A program made the translations under genes and the position numbers. This document shows positions 1-9,735 of a stretch of DNA of 64,000 nt, piece by piece. The notes under the pieces are model-generated. The model was not told the DNA's origin and did not search any database. It saw only the letters and a list, made by a program, of their open reading frames with translations. The stretch is from Acidobacteriota bacterium. Lineage in GTDB: Bacteria; Acidobacteriota; UBA6911; RPQK01; JAJDTT01. The first letter of the stretch is position 1, and each line of letters begins with the position of its first letter. The stretch lies in the NCBI GenBank assembly GCA_965209055.1, contig OZ242374.1, positions 1,760,001 to 1,824,000 of the forward strand. The letters are read 5' to 3'.

Positions 1-2
1 TT

Positions 3-2327
3 TCCCAGGGCGGCGGCAACAACTTCGGGCTGGAGGTGGACGGCGACGGCCGGCTCTTCACCGGGCACAACGGCGGCCAGACCCGAGGCTGGCATTTCGT
101 GCAGGGCGGCATGCACCTGATGCAGGGCACGACCCCCAACAAGTTCGGTCCGCCCCGCAATCCCTTCAGCTTCGGGGACCTGCCCAAGATGGTCAGCGAA
201 CAGGACATCCGCCGTTTCACCCACTTCGGCGCCGTGGTGGAGGCCACGGCCATTCCCGGCAAGTACCAGGACTCGCTCTTCAGCGTGGACCCGCTTCACA
301 ACTTCGTCGTGGCCAGCCGGCGGATTCGCAATGGCGCCACCTTCAGGACCAGCGATCTGGACAAGGTGCTGACCTCCGGCGACTTCGCCTTCCGCCCGGT
401 GTTCATCGGCAATGCACCCGAAGGCTCGATCCTGATCGCCGACTTCTACAACCACTACATCGCCCATGGTCAGCACTACCAGAGCCAGATCGATCCCGGT
501 ACGGGGCGGATCTTCCGGCTCCGGGGCAAGCGGGAACCGCTGGAGCGGGACCTGAACCTGCAGGCCAAGTCCACCGATCGACTGTTGGAGCTGCTGAGCC
601 ACCCCAACCGCTGGCACCGGCACACCGCCGTCCGGTTGCTGGGGGAGCGCAAGGACCCCGGCTCGGCCGTCCGGTTGCGGCAACTGGTGGGGAGCGGCTC
701 GGACCTCCAGTCGCTCTCCGCGCTCTGGGCCCTGTACCAGGCCTTCGGCTTGGATCAGGCGACGGCCCTGGCCGCACTGCGGCACGGACACCCCATGGTC
801 CGCTACTGGGCCGTCCGCCTGATCTGCGACGACGTGGGCTTCGCCAATCGGCGCACCACCGTGGGTCTCGCCGACAGCCTGGGGGAATTGAAGGATGGAC
901 CCACCCGGGTTCCCCGCCGTCTCTTCCAGGCCATCCTGGAGGGCGCAGCCGGCGAGAGGGACGCCGAGGTGCGGTCCCAGATGGCCGCATCGGCCCGGCG
1001 GCTGCCCGTGGATCAGGCCCTTCCCCTCGTGACGGCCCTGCTGCGGCACGGCGAGGACGTCGACGACCCGTACCTGCCGCTGCTCGCGTGGTGGGTCCTG
1101 GAAACCAATCTGGATCCCCAGCGGGAAGCCGTCCTGGAGCTGTTCGAAAGTTCGGAGTTCCGCCGCCAGCCGATGGTGAGACGGCACATTCTGGAACGGG
1201 TGATGCGGGCCCTGGCCCTGAAGGGGAAGAGCGGCGACCTGGAAGACTGCGCGCGGCTGCTGGAACTGGCGGCAGATGGAGAGGAAGAAGACTCGTTGCT
1301 CAAAGGGTTCGAGCTGGCCTACGCCGGCCGGCGGATCGGCGGCTTGCCGGATCGCCTGGTCCGCGGTCTGGTGGCAAGCGGACGCTCCTCCCTGGAGCTG
1401 CGGGTTCGATTGGGGACCGCCGATGCGTCCCGGGCCGCAGTCGAGCTGCTCCTGAATCCTGAAGCCCCCCTCGAGGAACGGACGGCGGTGGCCCGGACGC
1501 TGGGCGAGGTGAGGTCCGAAGCCAGTGTCGAGCCGCTGATCCGGGTCGCGACCGCACCCGAGCCGCCGCTCCAGCGGGCGGCGCTGGCGGCCCTCTCGTC
1601 CTTCAACGATCCTGAGATCGGCAACCAGGCGCTGGCGCGGTTCTCGAGATACCCGGAGGAAGCCAGACCGGCCTTCTTCGACCTGATGCTGAGCCGGCCG
1701 GTCTGGACGCGGCAGTTGATCCAGGCCGTCTCCAGGGGCGGGTTGGCGCCGGAGCTGGTGCCGGACGGCGTCGCCGAGCGGCTGAGAGGGGATCGGGACC
1801 GGGAGATCGCCGGCCTGGCCCGGGAACACCTGGGCGGCGGGGAGGACCGGGGCCGGGAGTACTTCCGGCGACGGATCGCCGGACTCCGATCGATTCTGGC
1901 GGACGGGACCGGGAATCCGTACGCCGGCGAGGCCGCCTACGCGCGGCGGTGCGGCTCCTGCCACAAGCTGTTTCACAAGGGGGGCGACAGTGGACCCGAT
2001 TTGACCGCTTACCAGCGGGGCGACCTGGGGGCGCTGCTCATCGGCATCGTCGATCCCGACGCGGAGATTCGCGAGGGCTTCGAGTACGTGACGCTGGTCA
2101 CCCGGGAAGGACGAACCTTGAGCGGCTTCCTGACCGACCAGGACACGCAGGTCGTCGTCTTGCGGGGAATGTCGGGAGAGGACATTCGAGTCGAGCGCCG
2201 GCAGGTCGAGTCCATCGAACCCATGGGACGCAGCTTCATGCCCGCCCGGCTGCTGGAAGGACTGAGCGACCAGGAACTCCGGGATTTCTTCGCCTACCTG
2301 AGAATCTCTCAGCCCATCAGCCGGTAG
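3..2327 (+). CDS. PVC-type heme-binding CxxCH membrane-bound dehydrogenase-domain protein (5' end outside window)
   Basis: Frame is open from position 3. Propeller-like N-terminus (FRPVFIGNAPEGSILIADFY), HEAT-like repeats, C-terminal cytochrome c with CGSCH and SFMPARLLEGL. Confidence 0.85.
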   Translation, partial: SQGGGNNFGLEVDGDGRLFTGHNGGQTRGWHFVQGGMHLMQGTTPNKFGPPRNPFSFGDLPKMVSEQDIRRFTHFGAVVEATAIPGKYQDSLFSVDPLHNFVVASRRIRNGATFRTSDLDKVLTSGDFAFRPVFIGNAPEGSILIADFYNHYIAHGQHYQSQIDPGTGRIFRLRGKREPLERDLNLQAKSTDRLLELLSHPNRWHRHTAVRLLGERKDPGSAVRLRQLVGSGSDLQSLSALWALYQAFGLDQATALAALRHGHPMVRYWAVRLICDDVGFANRRTTVGLADSLGELKDGPTRVPRRLFQAILEGAAGERDAEVRSQMAASARRLPVDQALPLVTALLRHGEDVDDPYLPLLAWWVLETNLDPQREAVLELFESSEFRRQPMVRRHILERVMRALALKGKSGDLEDCARLLELAADGEEEDSLLKGFELAYAGRRIGGLPDRLVRGLVASGRSSLELRVRLGTADASRAAVELLLNPEAPLEERTAVARTLGEVRSEASVEPLIRVATAPEPPLQRAALAALSSFNDPEIGNQALARFSRYPEEARPAFFDLMLSRPVWTRQLIQAVSRGGLAPELVPDGVAERLRGDRDREIAGLAREHLGGGEDRGREYFRRRIAGLRSILADGTGNPYAGEAAYARRCGSCHKLFHKGGDSGPDLTAYQRGDLGALLIGIVDPDAEIREGFEYVTLVTREGRTLSGFLTDQDTQVVVLRGMSGEDIRVERRQVESIEPMGRSFMPARLLEGLSDQELRDFFAYLRISQPISR

Positions 2328-3010
2328 GCGCAGGCGGCGGCAAAACGGGGTTCGCCCAGATCCTCCAGCCAGAACGGTTCCGACGGCAGGTGCGGGAAGC
2401 GAAACACCGCCGACCGCTCGCCCTCGATCATCGTGCGCGGCACCTCGAAACGGGATGGACTCAGCGAGAATCCGGTTCCCAGGGCCTTGATCAGCGCCTC
2501 CTTCAGGCTCTAGAGCCGGTAGAAAAGATCCGCCTTCCCGCGCCCGGCGGCCGCGGACAGCGCGAGTCGTTCCCGCGGACCGTAGACCCTGCCCCCGATC
2601 CCGTCGAAATCCCTGCCGGGTGTGCGCACCTCCAGATCCACCCCGAGTCCTTCCCGATTCGCGAACCCGATCAATCCGTGCCGTCCGCTGTGGCTCACAT
2701 TGAAGTTGGACTCCGACGCCACCCCGTTCACCTTCGCGAACGGCTTGCCGTGCTCGAGATAGCCGAAGGACAGTTCCCGGTTGGAACACCCCAGCCGATG
2801 GCAGAGGTTGATCCGGAGCGCCGCCCGGCAGAGCGCGTACTGGCGCCGGGCGCCCTTGACCACGAACCGGTTCCACCGCGCCTGCTCGCCTTCGTCGAGT
2901 ACCGCGAAGGCCCGTGCTTCGCGATCGGGATCGGGCTGGAGGTCGACGTGAAGGATGACGGACCCTTGGTCCTCGCGCCACGGAGTCCACCAGGCGCCGG
3001 AGGCGGTCAT
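2309..3010 (-). pseudogene. Sfp-type 4'-phosphopantetheinyl transferase with in-frame TAG at 2510-2512
   Basis: Motifs GKP, FNVSHS, LGVDLE, then FYRL*SLKEALIKALGTG. The same frame continues to TGA at 2309-2311. ATGA overlap with the upstream gene. Confidence 0.85.
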
Positions 3011-3876
3011 GGGACGGCCGCTTTCCGGGGAGCCAGGGTCACCTCCCGCAGGTACGCGCCGATTCCCCGGCGCCGGTTCCACTGCCGCGGATACCCCAGG
3101 GACACCTCCCGGAATGGCACGCCGTCAAGCCACTGTGTGCCCCGGATGTGGAGATGGCCGTACACCACGGCGCAGGCGTTGAAGCGGCGGTGCCAACCCC
3201 GGGTCCGGCGGGTTCCGCACCAGGGAGTGAATCGGGGCACCCGCGGCAGCACGGCGTGCTCTTCTTCAAGCGGAAAGTGATTGATCAGGACCTTGCGAAG
3301 ATTCGCAGGATACGCCGCGAGCCGGGAGGCGGCGTCCTCGCAGCGGGCGGCGCACCACGACTCTCGATCCGGATACGGGTCCGGACGCAGCATCATTTCG
3401 TCGGCGCAGGCGGAGCCGGTTTCCCGGGCCCACCGAACCACCTGGTCGCGGCGGACGTGCGGGGGCCGAAAGCTGTAGTCGTAGAGCAGGAACAGCGGCA
3501 CGATGAGAACCGGACCCTCCCGAAGTTCAACCACCGGGTAAGGATCTTCCGGGGTGAGAACTCCGTGGCGGCGGGCAATCCGGACCATCCGGTCGTAGAG
3601 CGCGACGCCGCCAAGCCGGGGAAGCGCGTTGGGAAGGGTCCAGAGCTCGTGATTTCCGGGAACCCAGACGATCTGGCGGAACTTGGGAGTCAGCCGCCGA
3701 AAGCACCAGTCGAGCCGCCGCGCGCCGTGGGTCACGTCCCCCGCCAGGATCAGCCAGTCGCCGGGAAAGGCCGGAAGACTTTCCAGCGCTCGCCGGTTTT
3801 CCGGATGGGAAAGGTGCAGGTCGGACAGCGCCCACAAACGCAAGGGACGGCCGTTCGGGACATTCGAGGTTGGCAT
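3007..3876 (-). CDS. Calcineurin-like metallophosphoesterase, PptH/Rv2795c-like phosphopantetheinyl hydrolase
   Basis: LWALSDLH, AGDV, WVPGNHELWT, PLFLLYDYSF, NHFPL, WCGT, YGHLH and EVSLGYPRQW match my recollection of mycobacterial PptH. Translationally coupled to a PPTase. Confidence 0.8.
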   Translation of the reverse strand: MPTSNVPNGRPLRLWALSDLHLSHPENRRALESLPAFPGDWLILAGDVTHGARRLDWCFRRLTPKFRQIVWVPGNHELWTLPNALPRLGGVALYDRMVRIARRHGVLTPEDPYPVVELREGPVLIVPLFLLYDYSFRPPHVRRDQVVRWARETGSACADEMMLRPDPYPDRESWCAARCEDAASRLAAYPANLRKVLINHFPLEEEHAVLPRVPRFTPWCGTRRTRGWHRRFNACAVVYGHLHIRGTQWLDGVPFREVSLGYPRQWNRRRGIGAYLREVTLAPRKAAVP

Positions 3877-3900
3877 CGGGGCGGACCTCGGGGGGGAGAT

Positions 3901-3952
3901 CGGCGGTTGGGAGATCGGCGCTCCTGTTCGGCGGTTGGAAACCGCCGCCCCC
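3901..3952. repeat. REP-like GC-rich palindromes
   Basis: CGGCGGTTGGAAACCGCCG hairpin plus a degenerate neighbour; similar to elements at 35437-35549. Confidence 0.5.
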
Positions 3953-3954
3953 CC

Positions 3955-5280
3955 CTAGATTTTCTCCGGAATCACCCACGGCTTCCGGTAGGTGCGCTTG
4001 AGATAGACGTCGGCCTCCGGAAAACCGGTGAAGGTCTCGGTCTTGGGGTCCAGGACCAGGCGCCGGTTGCCCACCCGGAAGGAGATGTTGGCCAGGTGGC
4101 AGAGCAGGGCGGACTGATGGCCCGTCTCGGCGTCGGCAACGGGCTTGCGCCGGGTCCGGATGCAGTCCACGAAATCGTCCTGGTGTTCCCGGTTCCCCTG
4201 GCGCCCGTATTCGGACCGCACCAGCTCCCCGTCGGCGTCGTAAGCCTGCCAGCCGCCGCCGTGACGGCCGAAATACAGGTACCCGTCCGTGCCCAGGATC
4301 TCCACCTTGGTGCTGCTGAAGGGCCAGTCGGGGAAGCGGTCGGTGTTGCGGACGATCCCGGGCGTCTTTTTCATGTAGGGCGTCCAGAGGGTCGACTGCA
4401 TGGTCAAGGTGAGCCCATCGTATTCGTACAGGGCCATCTGGGTATCGGGGGTGTCGCGCCCGTCCTTCAAGGAGTAGATGGCTCCCTGGTGGGAGGCCGC
4501 CATGGGAGCGGGTGGATCGCCGATCAGATAGCGGGCCAGATCCAGTTGGTGAACCAGGTCGCCGGCGATGGGGCCGCAACTGTACTCCCAGTGGTTCAAC
4601 CAGTACAGGCCCGGATTGTACGGCCGCTTGGCCGCGGGACCGCACCAGAGGTCCCAATCCAGGCCGTCGGGCACCGGGCCGTCGGGCACCGGTTCCCGTT
4701 TGGGATGCTGCATCATGTTGTAGACCCGGACCAGGTGCACGTCTCCCAGGTTGCCGGCGCGGATGTATTCCCGGGCCCGGCGGACGTAGGGGGCGCTGCG
4801 CGACTGCATTCCGACCTGGACGACGCGGCCGTACTTGCTCTCCGCCTCCACCATTTTCCGGCCCTCCCAGATGGAGTGGACCATGGGCTTCTCCACGAAG
4901 ACGTCCTTTCCCGCCTGGCAGGCCAGGATGCTCCCCAGGGCGTGCCAGTGGTCCGGCGTGGCGTTGACCAGGGCGTCCACGCTGCCGTCGTCCAGGATCC
5001 TCCGGAAGTCCTGCACCAACTTGGGGCGGGAGCGTTGGGCCGCTTCCACCGCCTTGCGGGCCCGGCCGAATCGCCGGGTGTCGACGTCGCAAAGGTAGGC
5101 GACCTCCACGTCCGGGCGCTGGGCGAAGTTCTCGGCCAGCCGGGTCCCGCGCCCGCCCAAGCCCATGATTCCCACCACGACACGTTCGTTGGCCCCGCGG
5201 ACCGGGCCCCTGGACGCCATGGCCAGGGAGGCGGCTCCCAGTGAGCCGGCCATGAATTTTCTACGGTCTAGCGATCGCAT
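3955..5280 (-). CDS. Tat-exported Gfo/Idh/MocA family oxidoreductase
   Basis: DRRKFM Tat motif, GLGGRG, ATPDHWH, VEKP, DWDLWCGPA. Confidence 0.9.
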   Translation of the reverse strand: MRSLDRRKFMAGSLGAASLAMASRGPVRGANERVVVGIMGLGGRGTRLAENFAQRPDVEVAYLCDVDTRRFGRARKAVEAAQRSRPKLVQDFRRILDDGSVDALVNATPDHWHALGSILACQAGKDVFVEKPMVHSIWEGRKMVEAESKYGRVVQVGMQSRSAPYVRRAREYIRAGNLGDVHLVRVYNMMQHPKREPVPDGPVPDGLDWDLWCGPAAKRPYNPGLYWLNHWEYSCGPIAGDLVHQLDLARYLIGDPPAPMAASHQGAIYSLKDGRDTPDTQMALYEYDGLTLTMQSTLWTPYMKKTPGIVRNTDRFPDWPFSSTKVEILGTDGYLYFGRHGGGWQAYDADGELVRSEYGRQGNREHQDDFVDCIRTRRKPVADAETGHQSALLCHLANISFRVGNRRLVLDPKTETFTGFPEADVYLKRTYRKPWVIPEKI

Positions 5281-5351
5281 CGGACACCTCCAATCATTGC
5301 AATGAGCTTGCCGTTCCCCACGGCCGGCATCGCTTCCTCCTCACGAATCTG

Positions 5352-8300
5352 TCACATCGGACCCGGCGTGCTCAACCGCTGGAGGTATTCCAGCAGGTCG
5401 GCCATGGCGGCGGGATCGATTTCATCCTCCAGTCCCTCGGGCATGGTGGAGACGCCGGAAACCCGCAGCGCCGCGATATTGCTCCGGAGCAGCGTCTCCT
5501 CCTCACCTTCCTCGCGCCGCAGCGTGATGGAGGTGGGACTCTCCCGGGCGACGACCCCGGTCACCGTGGCGCCGCTTCGAGTCTCGATGACATAGGTTTC
5601 GTAGCCCGGCGCAATATTGAGGTTGGGATCCAGGATCTTGGCCAGGAAGAACTTCTTGGGCCGCCGGACCGCGTCCATGAGATCGGGACCGACTTGGCTT
5701 CCCATGCCGTCCAGAACGTGGCACCGGCTGCAGGTCTCGCGGAAGATCTCTTTCCCCCTGGCAACCTGCCCTCCGGCCGAAAGGGCGGACCGGTACCGTT
5801 CGATCAGGTCCTCGCGGCCCTGGGACAGATCGCCGAACAACCCCTCGGCCCGCCGGCGAACCTCCTCATCCGGCGATTCCAGGAGCTGATTGATCCGCGT
5901 CCGGCCCAGGGTCCAGGCCTCGACTTCCATTTCCCGGATGCCGTCCAGGAGTGCGTTCACGAGTTCCTTGCGGGCCAGGAGGCCGTCCCAGGCCGCCCTG
6001 CGGACCGGCTCGGTGAAGCTTCCCCAATTGAGGAGCAGGAACGGCACGACCTCCGTGCTCCCCGCCCTGAGGAGGGAACGGGCGGCCGTGACCTGGACCT
6101 GGGGAGCCTCCCGCGGCGTCATCAGCTCCTCCAGCGCGCGAGTCGCCGCTCCGGCCGGGTCCAGTCCCAGGATCCGGACCGCGATCACCCGGGCCGCCTC
6201 GTCCGTCCGGCCCCTCGCGTTGTCCAGAGCCTTCTCGACGAGCCGGCGCAACCGGGGAGAATCCGAAAGCATGACGCGGTCTGCGAGATCCAGGGCGGCC
6301 GCCGCCACCGCCGGCGACGGCGAGCGCATCAGCCGGAACAGAAGGCGCTCGCCGCTTCGATTCAGGCGGACCCGGGCTTCGGCGCCCTGGCTCAGACCCC
6401 GGCCCAATCCGGACAGCAGGGCACGCTTCCACCATTCGCCTCCGGCATTCGCACCGCCCGCCGCCAGGCGGAGCACTTCCGAAATCCCGGATCCGACCTG
6501 GCGAGCGCCCAGGATCGCGGCGATCCTCTCCAGGAATGCCTCCTTCCCCTGGGTTTCCGACGCCAGAAAGGCGCCGTTTCCGGTGACGGTCCGGAGCCAG
6601 CGGCCGGCGTTTTCCGACGCCGAAGTCAGGACGGCGATCTGTAGCCAGCGGTCTTCCGGGCGCCGCTTCAGGAGCCGGCTCAGAGGACCGAAGGACTGCG
6701 ATTCGGGCAGCAGGCCCAGGGTGCAGGCAAGCTGAAACTGGACGCGATGGTCGGGATCCGTGACCAGGGCCAACAGCCTCTTCGCCAGGCGCGGCGAAGC
6801 GAACTGCTCGGAGAGCCGGATCGCATGTTCCCGAACCCTCGCGTCCGGGTCGCCGAGCGCCTCCGAGATCAGATCCGAATCGAGACCTCCCAACCCGTCC
6901 AGCGTCCGGAGCGCATGAATTCGGGATTCCGGCCGGCCGGCGGAAACCGCCAGCTCCCGAAGGGCGGGAACGGCCGCCCGCTCCTGCCGCTCGACCAGAA
7001 GACGCTGGGCCGTGATGCGCCACCACATGTTGGCATGGGACAGCGCCTCCACCAGGCGGCCGGTGCCGGCGTCCTGAAGGCCGGGCGTCCCGTCCGCGCC
7101 GCCGTCCTTGTGGACCACTCTGTAGATGCGCCCCAGACGCGCGCCGGCCCGCAGGTCGAATTCCCCTTCCAGATCTTCCGGGACGTAGTCCGGATGCTCG
7201 ACGTACTTCCGGTAGTAGTCGACCACGTAGAGCGCTCCGTCGGGACCGACGGTGGTGAACACCGGCTTGAACCAGGCATCGGTGGAGGCCAGGAACTCCC
7301 GTTCCTCGAAGGCCCGGCGGGCGGAGAAGGTCGCCCCCGAAGGTGAGAGCAGGTCGCAGTGCACCAGGTTGTGCAACGGGTCGCAGACGAAATACGCGCC
7401 CCTGAACCTCTCGGGAAACCGGGCGGCGGTGTAGACGGAGTTCCCGCAACTGGAGGTGAATACGCCCACCTGGGATTCGTGGATGTAGATGGGGGTTCGC
7501 GTAATGGGATAGACGATGGACTGGTTTTCGTGATCGGAGGGGAACTCCATGGAGGAGGAGACCTGCAGGTAGGGATTCCGCGACAGGTAGCGGTGTGCGA
7601 TGACGGGATGGCGGATGTGATTGTTGTTCCACAGGCCGAAGCGGTTGCCGGCGGCGTCGAAGGCGTTGCCGTATTGGGAGTTCCCGGCCACCGGCTCCAG
7701 TTGCAACCGGTCCGGCCGGAAGCGGAAGTCGGTGCCCAGAGCCGAGATGTCGACGGGCGCGGCTTCCGGATGGCCGGGAAAGCGCAAGGGGCCTCCCGTC
7801 AGTCCGAACTGTTCGGGGTTGCGCCGGGAGGGACCCACCTTGGGGTAGGCTCCGTAGATCCAGTTGTCGATGCCGTACAGGAGTCCGTTGACTCGAAGCT
7901 GGGGATTGTAGCGGTTGAATCCGGTGAGGATCACTTGCCTGTCGTCGGCCCGCAGGTCGCCGTCCCGGTCGGGAAGATAGAGGATGTCCGGAGCGGCGGC
8001 CACCAGCACCCCCTCCTTCCACGGCATCAGTCCGGTGGGAAAGGCCAGCTTTTCGGCAAAGACGTGGCTGCGGTCGAACTTTCCACCGCCGGAATCCTCC
8101 AGGACCACGACCCGGCCCTGGGGTTCCGATTGCATGGGATAGTCGCCCATCTCCAGGACGAAGAGGCGTCCGCGGCCGTCGAAGGCGGCGGCCACCGGAT
8201 CCGCGACCAGGGGCTCGGCCGCCACCAGCTCGATCTCGAACCCCGGCGGCAATCGGAAGGTTTCCAGCGCCTGCCGCGCCGGAAACGGCGGCGTTTCGCG

Positions 8301-8393
8301 GCTCCCGCAGCTCCCGAGGAGAACGGAAACCGAGGCGCTCAGGAGCGCTCGCCCGACGATTCCGGGAGCCCTGGAGTTGAGGAATCGGATCAT
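5352..8393 (-). CDS. PVC-type heme-binding CxxCH membrane-bound dehydrogenase-domain lipoprotein
   Basis: Lipobox LLGSC, FRLPPGFEIELVAAEPLVADPV, HEAT-like repeats, CSRCH, STMPEGLE. Confidence 0.88.
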   Translation of the reverse strand: MIRFLNSRAPGIVGRALLSASVSVLLGSCGSRETPPFPARQALETFRLPPGFEIELVAAEPLVADPVAAAFDGRGRLFVLEMGDYPMQSEPQGRVVVLEDSGGGKFDRSHVFAEKLAFPTGLMPWKEGVLVAAAPDILYLPDRDGDLRADDRQVILTGFNRYNPQLRVNGLLYGIDNWIYGAYPKVGPSRRNPEQFGLTGGPLRFPGHPEAAPVDISALGTDFRFRPDRLQLEPVAGNSQYGNAFDAAGNRFGLWNNNHIRHPVIAHRYLSRNPYLQVSSSMEFPSDHENQSIVYPITRTPIYIHESQVGVFTSSCGNSVYTAARFPERFRGAYFVCDPLHNLVHCDLLSPSGATFSARRAFEEREFLASTDAWFKPVFTTVGPDGALYVVDYYRKYVEHPDYVPEDLEGEFDLRAGARLGRIYRVVHKDGGADGTPGLQDAGTGRLVEALSHANMWWRITAQRLLVERQERAAVPALRELAVSAGRPESRIHALRTLDGLGGLDSDLISEALGDPDARVREHAIRLSEQFASPRLAKRLLALVTDPDHRVQFQLACTLGLLPESQSFGPLSRLLKRRPEDRWLQIAVLTSASENAGRWLRTVTGNGAFLASETQGKEAFLERIAAILGARQVGSGISEVLRLAAGGANAGGEWWKRALLSGLGRGLSQGAEARVRLNRSGERLLFRLMRSPSPAVAAAALDLADRVMLSDSPRLRRLVEKALDNARGRTDEAARVIAVRILGLDPAGAATRALEELMTPREAPQVQVTAARSLLRAGSTEVVPFLLLNWGSFTEPVRRAAWDGLLARKELVNALLDGIREMEVEAWTLGRTRINQLLESPDEEVRRRAEGLFGDLSQGREDLIERYRSALSAGGQVARGKEIFRETCSRCHVLDGMGSQVGPDLMDAVRRPKKFFLAKILDPNLNIAPGYETYVIETRSGATVTGVVARESPTSITLRREEGEEETLLRSNIAALRVSGVSTMPEGLEDEIDPAAMADLLEYLQRLSTPGPM

Positions 8394-8409
8394 GTCGTGA
8401 ATAACCGCT

Positions 8410-9522
8410 TTACGCCGGGTCCTCCGGCCCCAATGCCGACCCCGGAACCTTCTTCCGCTCCACCGTCGCGCCGTCGAAATGGTGCCCTTCGGCGGAGCGG
8501 GGCAACGGCAACTCCACCGCGGCGCCGGTCCGGTGAGAGAGGTGGGTGGCCTCGATCATCTGGATGGCGGCGCGGCCGTCTTCACCCGACACTGCGGGCG
8601 GGCGGCCGTAGCGCAGGGAGTCGACAAAATCCTGGGTTTGCACGAAGAAGGCCTCCAGGCGCTTGGGCTCGAAGGGATCGCCGAGAAAATCGATCTCCGG
8701 CATCTCCCAGATGTCCCGCCAATCTCCATCCGACGCCAGCCGGAGCTTTCCGAAGTGCTCGGCTTCGATCATTCCCTTCTCGCCCCAGACCCGGACGAAG
8801 TCCTTCATGCGCGGGAATCCGGGCTCGGGCAGCTCATGGCTCATCCAGACCTGGGCGCTGGCGCCACGGGAGAAACGGATCTGCGCCATGGCGTTCCGGG
8901 CCTGCCAGTTCGGGGCCGAATAGGCGTTGACCGTGCCGAAGAGCCGGACCGGTTCGTCGCCGATGAGGAAGCGAAGCATGTCGAAGCTGTGGGAACAGCG
9001 GTCCAGAATGTCCCCTCCGTTGTCGAAGTCCCGGAGCCAGGGCTTGCCGGGATCACCGAGCGGCCACAGCGTGTTCATCTGCACCATCCGCACTTGGCCG
9101 ATGCGGCCCCCTTCGATCAGCTTTCGGGCGCGGGCGAAGACGCCGCGATAACGCAGCGTGTGAATGACGCTGAGGGTCACTCCGGCCTCCCGGCAGGCGG
9201 CGATCATGGCGTCGCAGTCGGCCACGTTGGTCATCATCGGCTTCTCCACCAGGACGTGCTTGCCGTAGCCGGCGGCGGCCAGTGTCTGCTCCGCGTGCAG
9301 CTTGTGGATCGTGGCCAGGAGCACGGCGTCGACCTGCTCGCTGCGAAGCATGTCCTCGTAGCCGGGGAAATGCTCGACGCCGAAATCCGCCGCCAGCCGG
9401 GGCGCCCGGCTTCCCTGAGTGACCCCCGCCAACTCGACCCCCTCATTGTGGTCCCTCACACAGTGGGCATAGGTCCGGCCCATATACCCCGATCCCACGA
9501 TGCCCAACCGGACGACGTCCAT
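8410..9522 (-). CDS. Gfo/Idh/MocA family oxidoreductase
   Basis: GIVGSGYMG, HVLVEKPM, GGDILDRCSHSFD. Confidence 0.9.
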   Translation of the reverse strand: MDVVRLGIVGSGYMGRTYAHCVRDHNEGVELAGVTQGSRAPRLAADFGVEHFPGYEDMLRSEQVDAVLLATIHKLHAEQTLAAAGYGKHVLVEKPMMTNVADCDAMIAACREAGVTLSVIHTLRYRGVFARARKLIEGGRIGQVRMVQMNTLWPLGDPGKPWLRDFDNGGDILDRCSHSFDMLRFLIGDEPVRLFGTVNAYSAPNWQARNAMAQIRFSRGASAQVWMSHELPEPGFPRMKDFVRVWGEKGMIEAEHFGKLRLASDGDWRDIWEMPEIDFLGDPFEPKRLEAFFVQTQDFVDSLRYGRPPAVSGEDGRAAIQMIEATHLSHRTGAAVELPLPRSAEGHHFDGATVERKKVPGSALGPEDPA

Positions 9523-9735
9523 GGCGCGCTCCCCCGTTCGCTTTCCCGTCCCCGAAGGAATGAAACCGAATCAACAGGATTCTACACTGGCGCCTGCCCG
9601 GAGTTTGCCCGCCCGAAAATGGGGTGTCCGTGGAAATGGCGCTCGGGTCCGGCGGCTGGTAGTTTCGGGGGTGAGCGTCCGAACGGAAGCCGAAGAATAT
9701 CGGCGGCTCGGAAACGTTCTCCAACGGAGTCGAAC

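Noticed and set aside
2510-2512. TAG in the PPTase as programmed recoding, or suppression by the tRNA-like RNA at 57270
   Set aside because: The position is a conserved Trp one substitution from TAG, no pyl genes are in the window, and the tRNA-like loop centres on GCT, not CTA.
8479-9735. Apparent 791-aa fusion N-terminal to the sialidase-fold protein
   Set aside because: The extension is the antisense of the Gfo/Idh/MocA gene; the real start is ATG 9736.
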